Assembly (NCBI GenBank): GCA_965279375.1 | Contig: OZ257156.1 | Span: 2,752,001-2,816,000, forward strand | Length of the DNA stretch: 64,000 nucleotides | Direction of reading: 5' to 3' | Origin: Gemmatimonas sp. | GTDB lineage: Bacteria; Gemmatimonadota; Gemmatimonadetes; Gemmatimonadales; Gemmatimonadaceae | Part shown: positions 31,339 through 40,295 of the stretch, piece after piece | Numbering within the stretch: the stretch's first letter is position 1 | How the letters are laid out: every line of letters begins with the position of its first letter | Notes under the pieces: model-generated | Told to the model about the DNA's origin: nothing | The model's database searches: none | What the model saw: only the letters and a program-made list of their open reading frames with translations | Translations under genes and position numbers: made by a program

Positions 31339-31490
31339 TCGCTCGGCGCTGATCGCCCGGCGCTGCGCGCGCGTCATGGCGAGGGGGAGGTTTCTGCGGC
31401 ATACTCTGCAACTGTTCGTCGTGCCGCATCGGAGGACATCCGAGCGCCCACAACGACGAGTGTGTTCGATCCCTTCCCGCGCGCGCCTGT

Positions 31491-32366
31491 ATGGACCGTC
31501 GTCACTTCATCGCTGCGTCGCTCGCGTTGGCCGCAATGCCGCGCGTGCTTCGTGCCAGCACACCGAACATCGGCTGCGCCGCCATCACCTGGGGCGGGAA
31601 CGATCGCGTCGCCATCGACGACATTGCCGCCGCGGGGTACCGCGGAATTCAGCTGCGCGCTTCTGCGGTGACCACGTGGGGCAATCGTCCCGCCGAGCTC
31701 AGGGCACTACTGGCCGAACGCCACCTGAGCTTCGTCGCACTCTCGAGCGGCGTACTCGATCTGGATCCTGCAACGCACACCGGGAATCTGGCGCTCCATC
31801 TTCGCAACGCCGCGTTCGCGCGTGATGCTGGCTGCCTCTACCTGCAGGTGGTCGACCAGCGTCCGCGTGATCGCAGTGCGACCCTTGCCGACTATCGCCG
31901 TATGGGTGGATTGCTCACGGAACTCGGCAAGCGCACTGCGGACATGGGAGTCGCGCTTGGCTATCACAACCACATGGGCAACCTCGGGCAGGCGCCCGAC
32001 GAGGTTGCGCGTGTGCTCGACGCGGCAGACAGTCGCTACGTGAAGCTCGAACTCGACATCGCGCATTGGGCTGCCGCCGGCGGTGATCCCGTGCAGGCCG
32101 TTCGTAGCTACGCCGATCGCCTGCTCTTTCTGCATCTGAAAGACCTGCAGCGACCAGCGCCCGGACGCGGGCCCGCGTCGTACCGTTTCGTCGAACTCGG
32201 CACCGGCGAGGTGGATGTCGCGGGAGTGCTCGATGCCTTGCGCACGTTGAACTTTGGTGGCTGGGCCATCGTCGAACTGGACGATGTCACGTCGCCCGGC
32301 CGCTCGGCGAAACAGTCAGCGGAGCTCTCCAAGGCGTATCTCGCCGCACATGGTCTGACGCTGTGA
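31491..32366 (+). CDS. Xylose-isomerase-like TIM-barrel protein (IolE/sugar phosphate isomerase family), Tat signal
   Basis: MDRRHFI twin-arginine signal; YHNH, ELDIAH, HLKD, ELGTGEVD, IVELD. Confidence 0.85.
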   Translation: MDRRHFIAASLALAAMPRVLRASTPNIGCAAITWGGNDRVAIDDIAAAGYRGIQLRASAVTTWGNRPAELRALLAERHLSFVALSSGVLDLDPATHTGNLALHLRNAAFARDAGCLYLQVVDQRPRDRSATLADYRRMGGLLTELGKRTADMGVALGYHNHMGNLGQAPDEVARVLDAADSRYVKLELDIAHWAAAGGDPVQAVRSYADRLLFLHLKDLQRPAPGRGPASYRFVELGTGEVDVAGVLDALRTLNFGGWAIVELDDVTSPGRSAKQSAELSKAYLAAHGLTL

Positions 32367-32397
32367 TCGTGTCTGCGAATCACTCAGGAACAGCGCC

Positions 32398-32994
32398 ATG
32401 ATCAATCGGCGTGAACTGCTCGAGTGGCTGCTGGCCACCTCTGGCCTTGCGGCTCTCGGCAGGATTCCCCTCGCGGAGCTGGAGGCGATCGGTCGTGCTG
32501 TCCATGGCGACGCGCATGAGCCGTCGCACACCCGGAGTGCGCAGATACAGTATCGGTCGCTTGACGTGGCGACGGCTGCTGCCGTGCGCGCAGCAGCAGA
32601 GCTGATCATTCCGCGCACCGATACACCCGGCGCAACGGATGCGCGCGTCACCGAATTCATCGACGGCATGTTGACGGATTGGTACGATGCGGACGATCGC
32701 ACGCGATTCGTCGACGGCATTCGTGCGCTGGACGTCGAGGCCAAGTCGCGATCTGGTCGCACGTTCGCGCAGTGCAGCGCGCGTGATCAGCTTGCGCTCC
32801 TGGAAGAGGCCGAGGCACGCGTGGTCGCGCTGCGAAGTACCGATGCACGAACAGCCAACGCGAGTTGGTTCGCCATGCTCAAGTATCTCACGGTGTACGG
32901 CTACTGCACCTCCGAGCCGGGGATGCGACAGCATCTGCGTACGTGGCCGCTGCCAATGACCTACGACCCGGCGGCACGGGTGCCTGCGCGATGA
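32398..32994 (+). CDS. Gluconate 2-dehydrogenase subunit 3 family (Tat escort subunit)
   Basis: MINRRELL, IIPRTDTPGA, FIDGML, GYCTSEPG. Confidence 0.88.
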   Translation: MINRRELLEWLLATSGLAALGRIPLAELEAIGRAVHGDAHEPSHTRSAQIQYRSLDVATAAAVRAAAELIIPRTDTPGATDARVTEFIDGMLTDWYDADDRTRFVDGIRALDVEAKSRSGRTFAQCSARDQLALLEEAEARVVALRSTDARTANASWFAMLKYLTVYGYCTSEPGMRQHLRTWPLPMTYDPAARVPAR

Positions 32995-33037
32995 TACCTC
33001 GCATTCAGCTGCGCATGCACCACGGGGCCTGCACGCC

Positions 33038-34735
33038 ATGAGCACACAGCGTACCGACTACGACGCGATCGTTATCGGCTCCGGTCTCACGGGTGGCTGG
33101 GCTGCCAAGGAGCTGACGGAGGCCGGACTGCACACTCTCGTGCTCGAGGCCGGGCGTCCGGTCGATCCGGTGCGCGATGCCATGGAGCACGTCGCACCAT
33201 TCGAGATGCGTTTTCGTGGCCTCGGCGATCGCCGCGCGACGGAAGCGAGACAATCGGTGCAGCGGCACTCCGTTTCCTTCGATGAGATCAGCCAGCGCTT
33301 CTGGACGGACGACGTCGACAATCCGTATTCCACGCCGAGCGATCAGCCGTTCGATTGGTTGCGCGCGCGTCAGGTCGGGGGAAAGTCGATCATCTGGGGA
33401 CGTCAGGTCTATCGCATGAGCGATCTCGACTTCGAGGCGAACGCGCGTGATGGCATCGCGGTGGATTGGCCGATCCGCTACGCCGACATCGCTCCGTGGT
33501 ACGATCGTGTCGAGCGTTTCATCGGTGTATCCGGGCAGCGCGAGGGGCTCGCGCATCTCCTCGACGGCCCGTTCACGCCGCCGATGGCGATGAACGTCGT
33601 GGAGCGTCATGTGAAGTCGCGCATCGCCGCATCGTTTGGCGGTGAGCGTATGATGACCATCGGTCGCGTCGCGGTGCTCACGGAGCCGCGGCCGGATCGC
33701 TCGCCGTGTCACTACTGCGGGCCGTGTCAACGCGGCTGCTCCACCAAGTCGTACTTCAGCAGCATCAACGTCACGTTGCCTGTGGCGGCGGCCACGGGCC
33801 GCATGACACTGCGTCCGTACAGCGTGGTGCGCGCGCTCGACTACGACCGGCAACGTCGTCGCGTCTCCGAAGTGCACGTCATCGATGCACAGACCGGCGC
33901 CGAGCATCGCTTCACCGCGCGCATCGTGTTCCTCTGCGCGTCGTCCATCGAGAGCGCGCGTGTGCTGCTCAACTCCGCTACGACGGACTTCGACACGGGA
34001 CTCGCGAACTCGAGCGACCAGGTCGGTCGTAATATCATGGACCACATCAAGCAGGCCGGTGCGAGCGGGCGCTTTGATCAGTGGACGGACCAACAGATAC
34101 TCGGCTCACGGCCCAACGGCATCTACGTGCCGCGCTTTCGCAACGTCACATCCAAGCACGCGGACTTCATTCGTGGATACGGTTTCCAAGGCGGCGCCGG
34201 GCGCGGAAGTTTGTGGGGCTCACACGTGCGCACTCCGGGCTTCGGGGCGTCGTTCAAGGCGAGGCTTACCGACATCGGTCCGTGGTCCATGTCCTTCGCC
34301 GGATTCGGCGAAACGCTCCCCAACCCGAACAATCGCGCCGTGCTGCATCCCACACTCAAGGACAAGTGGGGAATTCCGTCGCTGCACATCACCGCGTCGT
34401 GGGGACCCAACGAGCTGGCCATCCATCGCGAGATGAGTATCACCGCCGCCGAAATGCTGGACGCGGCCGGCGCGCAGAACGTGCAGCCCAATCGCGCCGG
34501 TCCCAGCACCTTCGGCAACGCCAACCACGAGATGGGGACCGCGCGCATGGGGCGCGATCCCAAGACATCTGTGCTCAACGGCTTCAATCAATCGTGGGAT
34601 GTGCCCAACCTGTTCGTCACCGATGGCGCGGCCATGACGTCGAGCGGCTGTCAGAATCCGTCGCTGACGTACATGGCGCTCACGGCGCGCGCCTGCGCGT
34701 ACGCGGTGGACGAACTGAAGAAGCGGAACCTCTAG
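33038..34735 (+). CDS. GMC-family FAD oxidoreductase (glycoside 3-dehydrogenase-like catalytic subunit)
   Basis: IGSGLTGGWAAKEL, CHYCGPCQRGC Fe-S motif, HEMGTARMG, QNPSLTYMALT. Confidence 0.92.
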   Translation: MSTQRTDYDAIVIGSGLTGGWAAKELTEAGLHTLVLEAGRPVDPVRDAMEHVAPFEMRFRGLGDRRATEARQSVQRHSVSFDEISQRFWTDDVDNPYSTPSDQPFDWLRARQVGGKSIIWGRQVYRMSDLDFEANARDGIAVDWPIRYADIAPWYDRVERFIGVSGQREGLAHLLDGPFTPPMAMNVVERHVKSRIAASFGGERMMTIGRVAVLTEPRPDRSPCHYCGPCQRGCSTKSYFSSINVTLPVAAATGRMTLRPYSVVRALDYDRQRRRVSEVHVIDAQTGAEHRFTARIVFLCASSIESARVLLNSATTDFDTGLANSSDQVGRNIMDHIKQAGASGRFDQWTDQQILGSRPNGIYVPRFRNVTSKHADFIRGYGFQGGAGRGSLWGSHVRTPGFGASFKARLTDIGPWSMSFAGFGETLPNPNNRAVLHPTLKDKWGIPSLHITASWGPNELAIHREMSITAAEMLDAAGAQNVQPNRAGPSTFGNANHEMGTARMGRDPKTSVLNGFNQSWDVPNLFVTDGAAMTSSGCQNPSLTYMALTARACAYAVDELKKRNL

Positions 34736-34820
34736 CACCGTTCGCGCCGCGCTGGCGTGGACCTGCGCTGTAACGCTTGCGGTGGATGCAACCTGTTGTG
34801 ATCTTGCGGCACGGCATCAC

Positions 34821-34932
34821 GGGATGCCTCCGGTCCGCGGAAAGGGCAGCGCCCACCCCTGCAGTTGCACGATTGCCCACGCCCTCTTCGGGCCGATGGT
34901 GCGGACGCCGGCCACAACGAAGGAGGCGTCCC
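34821..34932 (+). promoter_or_regulatory. Candidate structured 5' leader RNA sequestering the SD of the ankyrin gene
   Basis: GGGAUGCCUCC (34821-31) pairs with GGAGGCGUCCC (34922-32); nested stems GUCCGCG/UGCGGAC, GGGCAG/UUGCCC and GCCC/GGGC. Confidence 0.65.
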
Positions 34933-36468
34933 ATGGCATCACCGTTCAAGCGTGCGCTCCCCGCGCGCGTCAATCTCGAGCAGCAGAAGTCGCAGGCGAA
35001 AGAGCTTCTCCGTGCCTTCGCCGCTGCCGACCCCGAAGCCGTCGCGCGTGTACGCGCCGCGCTCCCCGACAAGTCGCGTATCGTGCTGGCGGATGCGCAA
35101 TTCACACTGGCCCGCGAGTACGGCTTCGAAAGCTGGAATGCGCTCAAGCAGCACATCGACGATCGCATGGCGGCCGCGCGTGCACCACACGAGCAGTTGC
35201 ATCACGCGATGCAGCGCCGCGACGCAGTGATGGCACGGCAGCTTCTCGCGCAGCACGCGGAGTTCCGACCGCTCATCAACGCGCCGATGTTTGCCTACAA
35301 CGCACCAGCGCTCGTTTCCTTCGCCGATGATGCCGCGATGGTGGACGTCCTGCTCGAGTTCGGGGCCGACCCCAACAAGAAGAGCGACTGGTGGGCTGGT
35401 GGTTTTCATCCGTTGCACGTGGCTACCGGAGCAGCGGCCGAGCGATTGCTCGCGGCTGGCGCGGTTCCTGACGCATGCGCCGCCGCGCATCTCGACCGAC
35501 CCGACCTGCTGCTGCGACTCATCGAGTCGAACCCACGCTGTGTCGCCGAACGCGGCGGCGACGGACAGACACCGCTGCACCTCGCGCGCTCTCAGCGCGT
35601 CGTTGACATCCTGCTCGATGCGGGCGCTGACATCGACGCGCGCGATGTCGATCATCGCGCGACACCCGCCGAGTGGATGCTCGATCGCAGTCGTGGCGGA
35701 GGGCGCTATGAGTTGGCGCGCTATCTGGTCGAGCGGGGCGCCAGCGCAGACATCTTTCTTGCGGCGGCACTTGGTCGCACCGTTGACGTACGCGCGATGC
35801 TCGAGCGCGATCCTGCGTTGCTCGAACTGCAAACCGGTCGCGGACGCTACGCCGAAGCGAAGCCAAGCAGCTTTCACATCTACTTCTGGACGATCGGCAG
35901 CTATCGTGGCCCGCTCGAAGTTGCCGCGCAGTTCGGTCACGAGGATACGCTCGCGGTCATGCTGCCGATGGCGACGCCGGTGCAACGATTGCGCCTCGCC
36001 TGCAGACGCGCCGATAGCGACGCGGCGCAAGCGTTGTTGCGCGACTATCCCGCGCTCGTGCAATCGCTGGCGACAGTCGATCAGCGCGCCATCACCGACG
36101 CGGCCTGGAATGGCGACGCACCCGCAGTCGCCTTGATGATGTCGCTGGGCTTCGATCCAGCCACCACCGGCCAGGACGCGGGCACTGCGCTGCACTGCGC
36201 CGCATGGCAGGGCAGTGCGGCCTGTGTGGCGGCGATTCTCAGCCACGAATCCGGGCGCGCCATCGTCAACGCGACCGAGGTGCATCACGGCAGCACTCCA
36301 CTAGGCTGGTGCTGCCATGGCTCGCTCAATGGACCGCGCGCCGGCGACTTCGAACAGGTGGCGCGCTTGCTGCTCGAAGCAGGCGCCACGCCCTACGCGT
36401 TCGACGCATCGGAGGCAGTCGAAGCGGTGCTCGCCGACTGGATGCAGGGAGACTCGCCCGTCGCGTAG
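34933..36468 (+). CDS. Ankyrin-repeat protein with N-terminal helical domain
   Basis: GQTPLHLA, GTALHCAAWQG, GSTPLGWC, LLEFGADPN; N-terminal LPARVNLEQQKSQAKELL...AQFTLAREYGFESW; AGGAGG SD. Confidence 0.88.
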   Translation: MASPFKRALPARVNLEQQKSQAKELLRAFAAADPEAVARVRAALPDKSRIVLADAQFTLAREYGFESWNALKQHIDDRMAAARAPHEQLHHAMQRRDAVMARQLLAQHAEFRPLINAPMFAYNAPALVSFADDAAMVDVLLEFGADPNKKSDWWAGGFHPLHVATGAAAERLLAAGAVPDACAAAHLDRPDLLLRLIESNPRCVAERGGDGQTPLHLARSQRVVDILLDAGADIDARDVDHRATPAEWMLDRSRGGGRYELARYLVERGASADIFLAAALGRTVDVRAMLERDPALLELQTGRGRYAEAKPSSFHIYFWTIGSYRGPLEVAAQFGHEDTLAVMLPMATPVQRLRLACRRADSDAAQALLRDYPALVQSLATVDQRAITDAAWNGDAPAVALMMSLGFDPATTGQDAGTALHCAAWQGSAACVAAILSHESGRAIVNATEVHHGSTPLGWCCHGSLNGPRAGDFEQVARLLLEAGATPYAFDASEAVEAVLADWMQGDSPVA

Positions 36469-36510
36469 ACGAGCGAGTTTCAATCGAACGTTAGACGCTC
36501 CGCCGCCTGA

Positions 36511-37551
36511 TCAGCCGAGCAGCGTGCGGAGCGTCTTGTAGCTGGTGTCGATGCTCTTGAGCGAACCACCCGGCCAGCCGCCGGCGCCGTCCTGCTCCAC
36601 AAAGAAGTACTCGACGCCCGCGTCCCGCCACGCGGCGAAGATTGGCTTGAAGTCGACGTCGCCGCTGCCCACAGGGCAGGGGCGACCCGGCTGCGGCGCC
36701 GGCGGTCCACCGGCGCGACCGCCGGCGGGCGCGGCGGGGCGCGGCGTCTGCGTCCCTGATGCCAGGTTCTGCAGCGACTGTGTCTCCCGCGCCTGCGCCG
36801 CGGCAAGGCTCTCGAAGTCCTTCACATGCCACATGCGGAAGCGACCCGGATAGCGCTTGAACCACGCGGCCGGATCCTGACTCGCCACGCGCGCCCAACC
36901 CAAATCCATCTGGAACGTGAAGAGCGATGGGTCAGTCTCCGTCACGAACACGTCCATGCCCGTCTTGCCGCCACCCACGTTCACGAACTCGGCGGAGTGG
37001 CTGTGAAAGGCGAGCTTGAGACCGCGGCTCTTGAGCTTGGCGCCAATCGTGTTGCACTCGTCGGCGATGCGCTTCCACGCGTCCACGGTATTCATCGGCG
37101 TCTCGGTGCGGCCGAGCGAAGGGATCGTGATGTACTCGTGGCCGATCGTCTGCGCGATCTGGATCTGTGCCTCGAGATCCTTGCGCAACAGATCCATGCC
37201 GATGTGCGAGCTCGGCGACTTGAGCTTGAGTCGATCGAGCAGTGCGCGCACCTGCGCCGGTGTCTTGTTGTAGTAGCCGGCAAACTCCAACTGCTTGTAG
37301 CCGATCTGTGCGACTTTCTCGATCGTGCCCTCGAAGTCGGTTCGCATTTGATCGGCAACCGTATAGAGCTGCACGCCGATGCCGTCGATCGACGGCTTGG
37401 TTGCGGCGCTGAGCGCGCGCGAGCCGCCAGCGGCACCCACGGACGCGCGTGAGCAGTTCGCCAGCACGCTCCCGGTAACAGTCAGCGCAGCGACATCGCG
37501 AAGAAATACGCGGCGCGTGAGCGCGTGTCCGGGGATGGATCGGTCCGTCAT
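36511..37551 (-). CDS. Xylose-isomerase-like TIM-barrel protein, Tat signal
   Basis: LTRRVFL, GVQLYTV, AFHSH, QMDLGW, WHVKD, FVEQD. Confidence 0.86.
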   Translation of the reverse strand: MTDRSIPGHALTRRVFLRDVAALTVTGSVLANCSRASVGAAGGSRALSAATKPSIDGIGVQLYTVADQMRTDFEGTIEKVAQIGYKQLEFAGYYNKTPAQVRALLDRLKLKSPSSHIGMDLLRKDLEAQIQIAQTIGHEYITIPSLGRTETPMNTVDAWKRIADECNTIGAKLKSRGLKLAFHSHSAEFVNVGGGKTGMDVFVTETDPSLFTFQMDLGWARVASQDPAAWFKRYPGRFRMWHVKDFESLAAAQARETQSLQNLASGTQTPRPAAPAGGRAGGPPAPQPGRPCPVGSGDVDFKPIFAAWRDAGVEYFFVEQDGAGGWPGGSLKSIDTSYKTLRTLLG

Positions 37552-37671
37552 GGGGAGAGGTCCTATCTGATGCCGGTGGGATGAGTCACGGGGAGGTAGA
37601 GGAAGATAGCGTTCCGATCGCCAATAGCGCGCGTGACCGCACCTGAGACGGCGTCGGTTCTCCACCGGCGT

Positions 37672-37697
37672 GAACCTTTTGCGGTTAGCTGCGACTC
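37672..37697 (+). promoter_or_regulatory. Putative ECF-sigma promoter (possibly autoregulatory)
   Basis: GAACC-N16-GACTC upstream of the ECF sigma gene. Confidence 0.5.
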
Positions 37698-37732
37698 CAT
37701 ATTCGGGAGCAACATCGTCCAGCGAGGATTCA

Positions 37733-38332
37733 GTGTACCAAGGGAGTGACGACGAACAGCGGCACGACGGCTTGAGCGAGCATGCGCGTCTAGCAGACGA
37801 GCTGCTGGCCGTTCGCTGCCTGCTCGGCGAGCGTCAGGCCATCGATACGCTGGTCGCGCGATGGCATGAACCGCTGTGGTCGTATCTGCGGAGCATCCTC
37901 GGCGACGACGACTTGGCTGCGGACGCCATGCAGGCCGGCTGGCTGCGAATCCTGCGGGCACTTCCTTCGCTGCGAGACCCTGCGCGTCTGCGGCCGTGGT
38001 TGTTCGGCATCATCCGCCGAACGGCGATGGACCGGCTTCGCGCCCGGTACGCCGAGCTCCCGCACGTTGTCGACGCGGCGGACGTCGCTGACACCATCTC
38101 GAATGACACGCAGGATGACGAGTCGCGGGATGATGACTTGGCCGCCATGCACCACGAACTCGCGCAGCTCCCCGCGCTCGAACGCGAAGTGCTCGTGCTG
38201 TTCTACCTGAAGGAACTGTCGCTGGCGCAAATCGCCGACGTGCTCGCCGTGCCGGTGGGAACGGTCAAGTCACGACTGTGGCGCGCGCGGACCTTGTTAC
38301 GGCAGCGACTCGAACACTCACGCGCCTCCTGA
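37733..38332 (+). CDS. RNA polymerase ECF-type sigma-70 factor
   Basis: Region 2 (ADAMQAGW...WLFGIIRR) and region 4 (LSLAQIADVLAVPVGTVKSRL). Start GTG 37733 or 37670. Confidence 0.9.
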   Translation: MYQGSDDEQRHDGLSEHARLADELLAVRCLLGERQAIDTLVARWHEPLWSYLRSILGDDDLAADAMQAGWLRILRALPSLRDPARLRPWLFGIIRRTAMDRLRARYAELPHVVDAADVADTISNDTQDDESRDDDLAAMHHELAQLPALEREVLVLFYLKELSLAQIADVLAVPVGTVKSRLWRARTLLRQRLEHSRAS

Positions 38333-38347
38333 GCGCGCGCCACGCAT

Positions 38348-38896
38348 ATGACCAACACCGAGGATACGAGGTATCCCATGTCCGACCGAACACCGGCGTC
38401 AACGCCAGCTCCATCGATTGCCGCGTTGCAGGTGACGCTCGCCAACGAAGTCACGCTGCCATCGCGTGTAGCGCATGTCGCGCTGCTGCTCGTCTCTGTG
38501 TGCATGGCCACGGTGATGGGCGCGTTGCTGGTGACGGAGGTGGGGCTCCCAGCGCGCACGCAGATCGCACTCGTGGTGATGTTCTTCATCGCGTGCTGCT
38601 GGACGGGGTACGCGTGGTGGGTGCTCGCGCGGCGTCGCGTGCTCTACGCACGCCATCGCGTCGTCGCGGGCGGAATGGCACTCGCGTTCAGTCTCGTCTT
38701 CACCGGCGGATGCGCGCTGCTCGGCATCTCGGGGCAGGGTGGAAAGTGGTGGCCTGCGGCGATCGCGACGGGAAGCACGCTGTTCGTTGTCGCAAGCTTC
38801 GGCTTCGTGAAGGCGCAGCGTTCCGTGCGCGCACTCGACCGTCGTCGTCTTGAGCTGGAACGTGCGCTCGGCTCGACCGCTGAGGTCGCACGATGA
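38348..38896 (+). CDS. Four-TM membrane protein, candidate anti-sigma factor
   Basis: Four hydrophobic segments; directly downstream of the ECF sigma. Confidence 0.65.
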   Translation: MTNTEDTRYPMSDRTPASTPAPSIAALQVTLANEVTLPSRVAHVALLLVSVCMATVMGALLVTEVGLPARTQIALVVMFFIACCWTGYAWWVLARRRVLYARHRVVAGGMALAFSLVFTGGCALLGISGQGGKWWPAAIATGSTLFVVASFGFVKAQRSVRALDRRRLELERALGSTAEVAR

Positions 38897-40251
38897 GGTC
38901 CGCGACGCGATCGACTCGACCCGGCATTCTGCTGGTCGCGCTCTCGCTCGTATACACCGCGACTGCGCGCGCGCAATCAGCAGTCATCACGCCGGGACGC
39001 TTCGCGCTGGGTGCGGATACCGTCCCGGTAGACGAGGGGCGATTCACGGTGCCGGCCAATCGTTCTGCGCGGGGCGGCGCGACGCTCACGCTGCGTTTCG
39101 TACGCTTTCCGACGACGTCCCGCACACCGCGCGCGCCGATCGTCTTCCTGGCCGGCGGTCCCGGTGACGCGGCCACGCGTGCCTTTCGCGGCATGCCGAT
39201 AGCGTTCCTGAACGAGCTCCGCGCCATCGCCGACGTCATCGCGTTCGATCAGCGGGGCACCGGCGGCTCCGAGCCCATCGATCCCCTCTGTCCTCCCGGA
39301 ACCGCGTATCCGCTTGGCGAAGTCGGCGATCCGTCACGCATGCTCGAACAGCTCCGCGCGCGCGTCAGCGCATGTATCGCTGCAGCCTCGTCACATGGGG
39401 GCGATGTGGCTGGCCTCACCACCGCCGAAAGCGCCGACGACCTCGAAGCGTTGCGCGTGTTCATCGGCGCGACGCAGCTCAACCTGCTTGCGGGAAGCTA
39501 CGGCACGCATCTCGCCCTGAGTACAGTGCGTCGTCATCCGCAATTGGTGCAACGCATGGTGCTGGCCGGCGTGGAGGGCCCGGACGACACGTTCAAGGAT
39601 CCTGCTCGTGTCGATGCCGTGCTTGCGCGGATCGCGGTGGCGCGGCGACCAACGCTGATGGACGATCTGCGCACGTTGACGACGCGGCTTTCGTCCAACG
39701 AAGTGAAAGTGAGCGCGCCCAACGGCGTGGTGATCGCTCTCGGCACATGGGATCTGCAGCGTTGGGTGGCGGAGTCGGTGGATCTCGTGCCCAAGATCGA
39801 CGCGATGGTCGCGGCCATTCCGGCCATGCTCGACAATGACTACCGCGTTCTGGCGCGGTGGGTAGCAGGCTATCGCAGTCCGCGAACGCTCAACCTGATG
39901 AACCTCGCGATGGACTGCGCCTCGTACGCCTCGCCTGAGCGACTGGCGCAGATCACCGCCGCCGCACCGACTGCGACCACAGGGAACGCGATCAACTTTC
40001 CGTTGCCGCAAATTTGCGACGTACCCGGCCTACCACGCCTGCCGGAGACGTTTCGCGACCCGCTCACCTCGAACGTTCACGCGCTGCTGATCTCCGGCAC
40101 GTTCGACGGACGTACGCCTGTGAGCAACGCAGAAGCCATCGCTCGCGGCATGCCGAATGCCCGCACGCTGGTGATCGAAGGCGCGTCGCACGGACTCTTT
40201 CGCGAACGGGAGGCCCTGAGCGCGATGGTGAGCTTCCTGCAGGGCAAATAG
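38893..40251 (+). CDS. Secreted alpha/beta hydrolase (TAP-like peptidase family)
   Basis: FLAGGPG, FDQRGTG, GSYGT nucleophile elbow, GTFDGRTP, GASH; ATGA overlap with the upstream gene. Confidence 0.88.
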   Translation: MRSATRSTRPGILLVALSLVYTATARAQSAVITPGRFALGADTVPVDEGRFTVPANRSARGGATLTLRFVRFPTTSRTPRAPIVFLAGGPGDAATRAFRGMPIAFLNELRAIADVIAFDQRGTGGSEPIDPLCPPGTAYPLGEVGDPSRMLEQLRARVSACIAAASSHGGDVAGLTTAESADDLEALRVFIGATQLNLLAGSYGTHLALSTVRRHPQLVQRMVLAGVEGPDDTFKDPARVDAVLARIAVARRPTLMDDLRTLTTRLSSNEVKVSAPNGVVIALGTWDLQRWVAESVDLVPKIDAMVAAIPAMLDNDYRVLARWVAGYRSPRTLNLMNLAMDCASYASPERLAQITAAAPTATTGNAINFPLPQICDVPGLPRLPETFRDPLTSNVHALLISGTFDGRTPVSNAEAIARGMPNARTLVIEGASHGLFREREALSAMVSFLQGK

Positions 40252-40295
40252 TTGCGCTGACGCACGCGTGTGGGAGCGCACTTCCGGTGCGGCCG

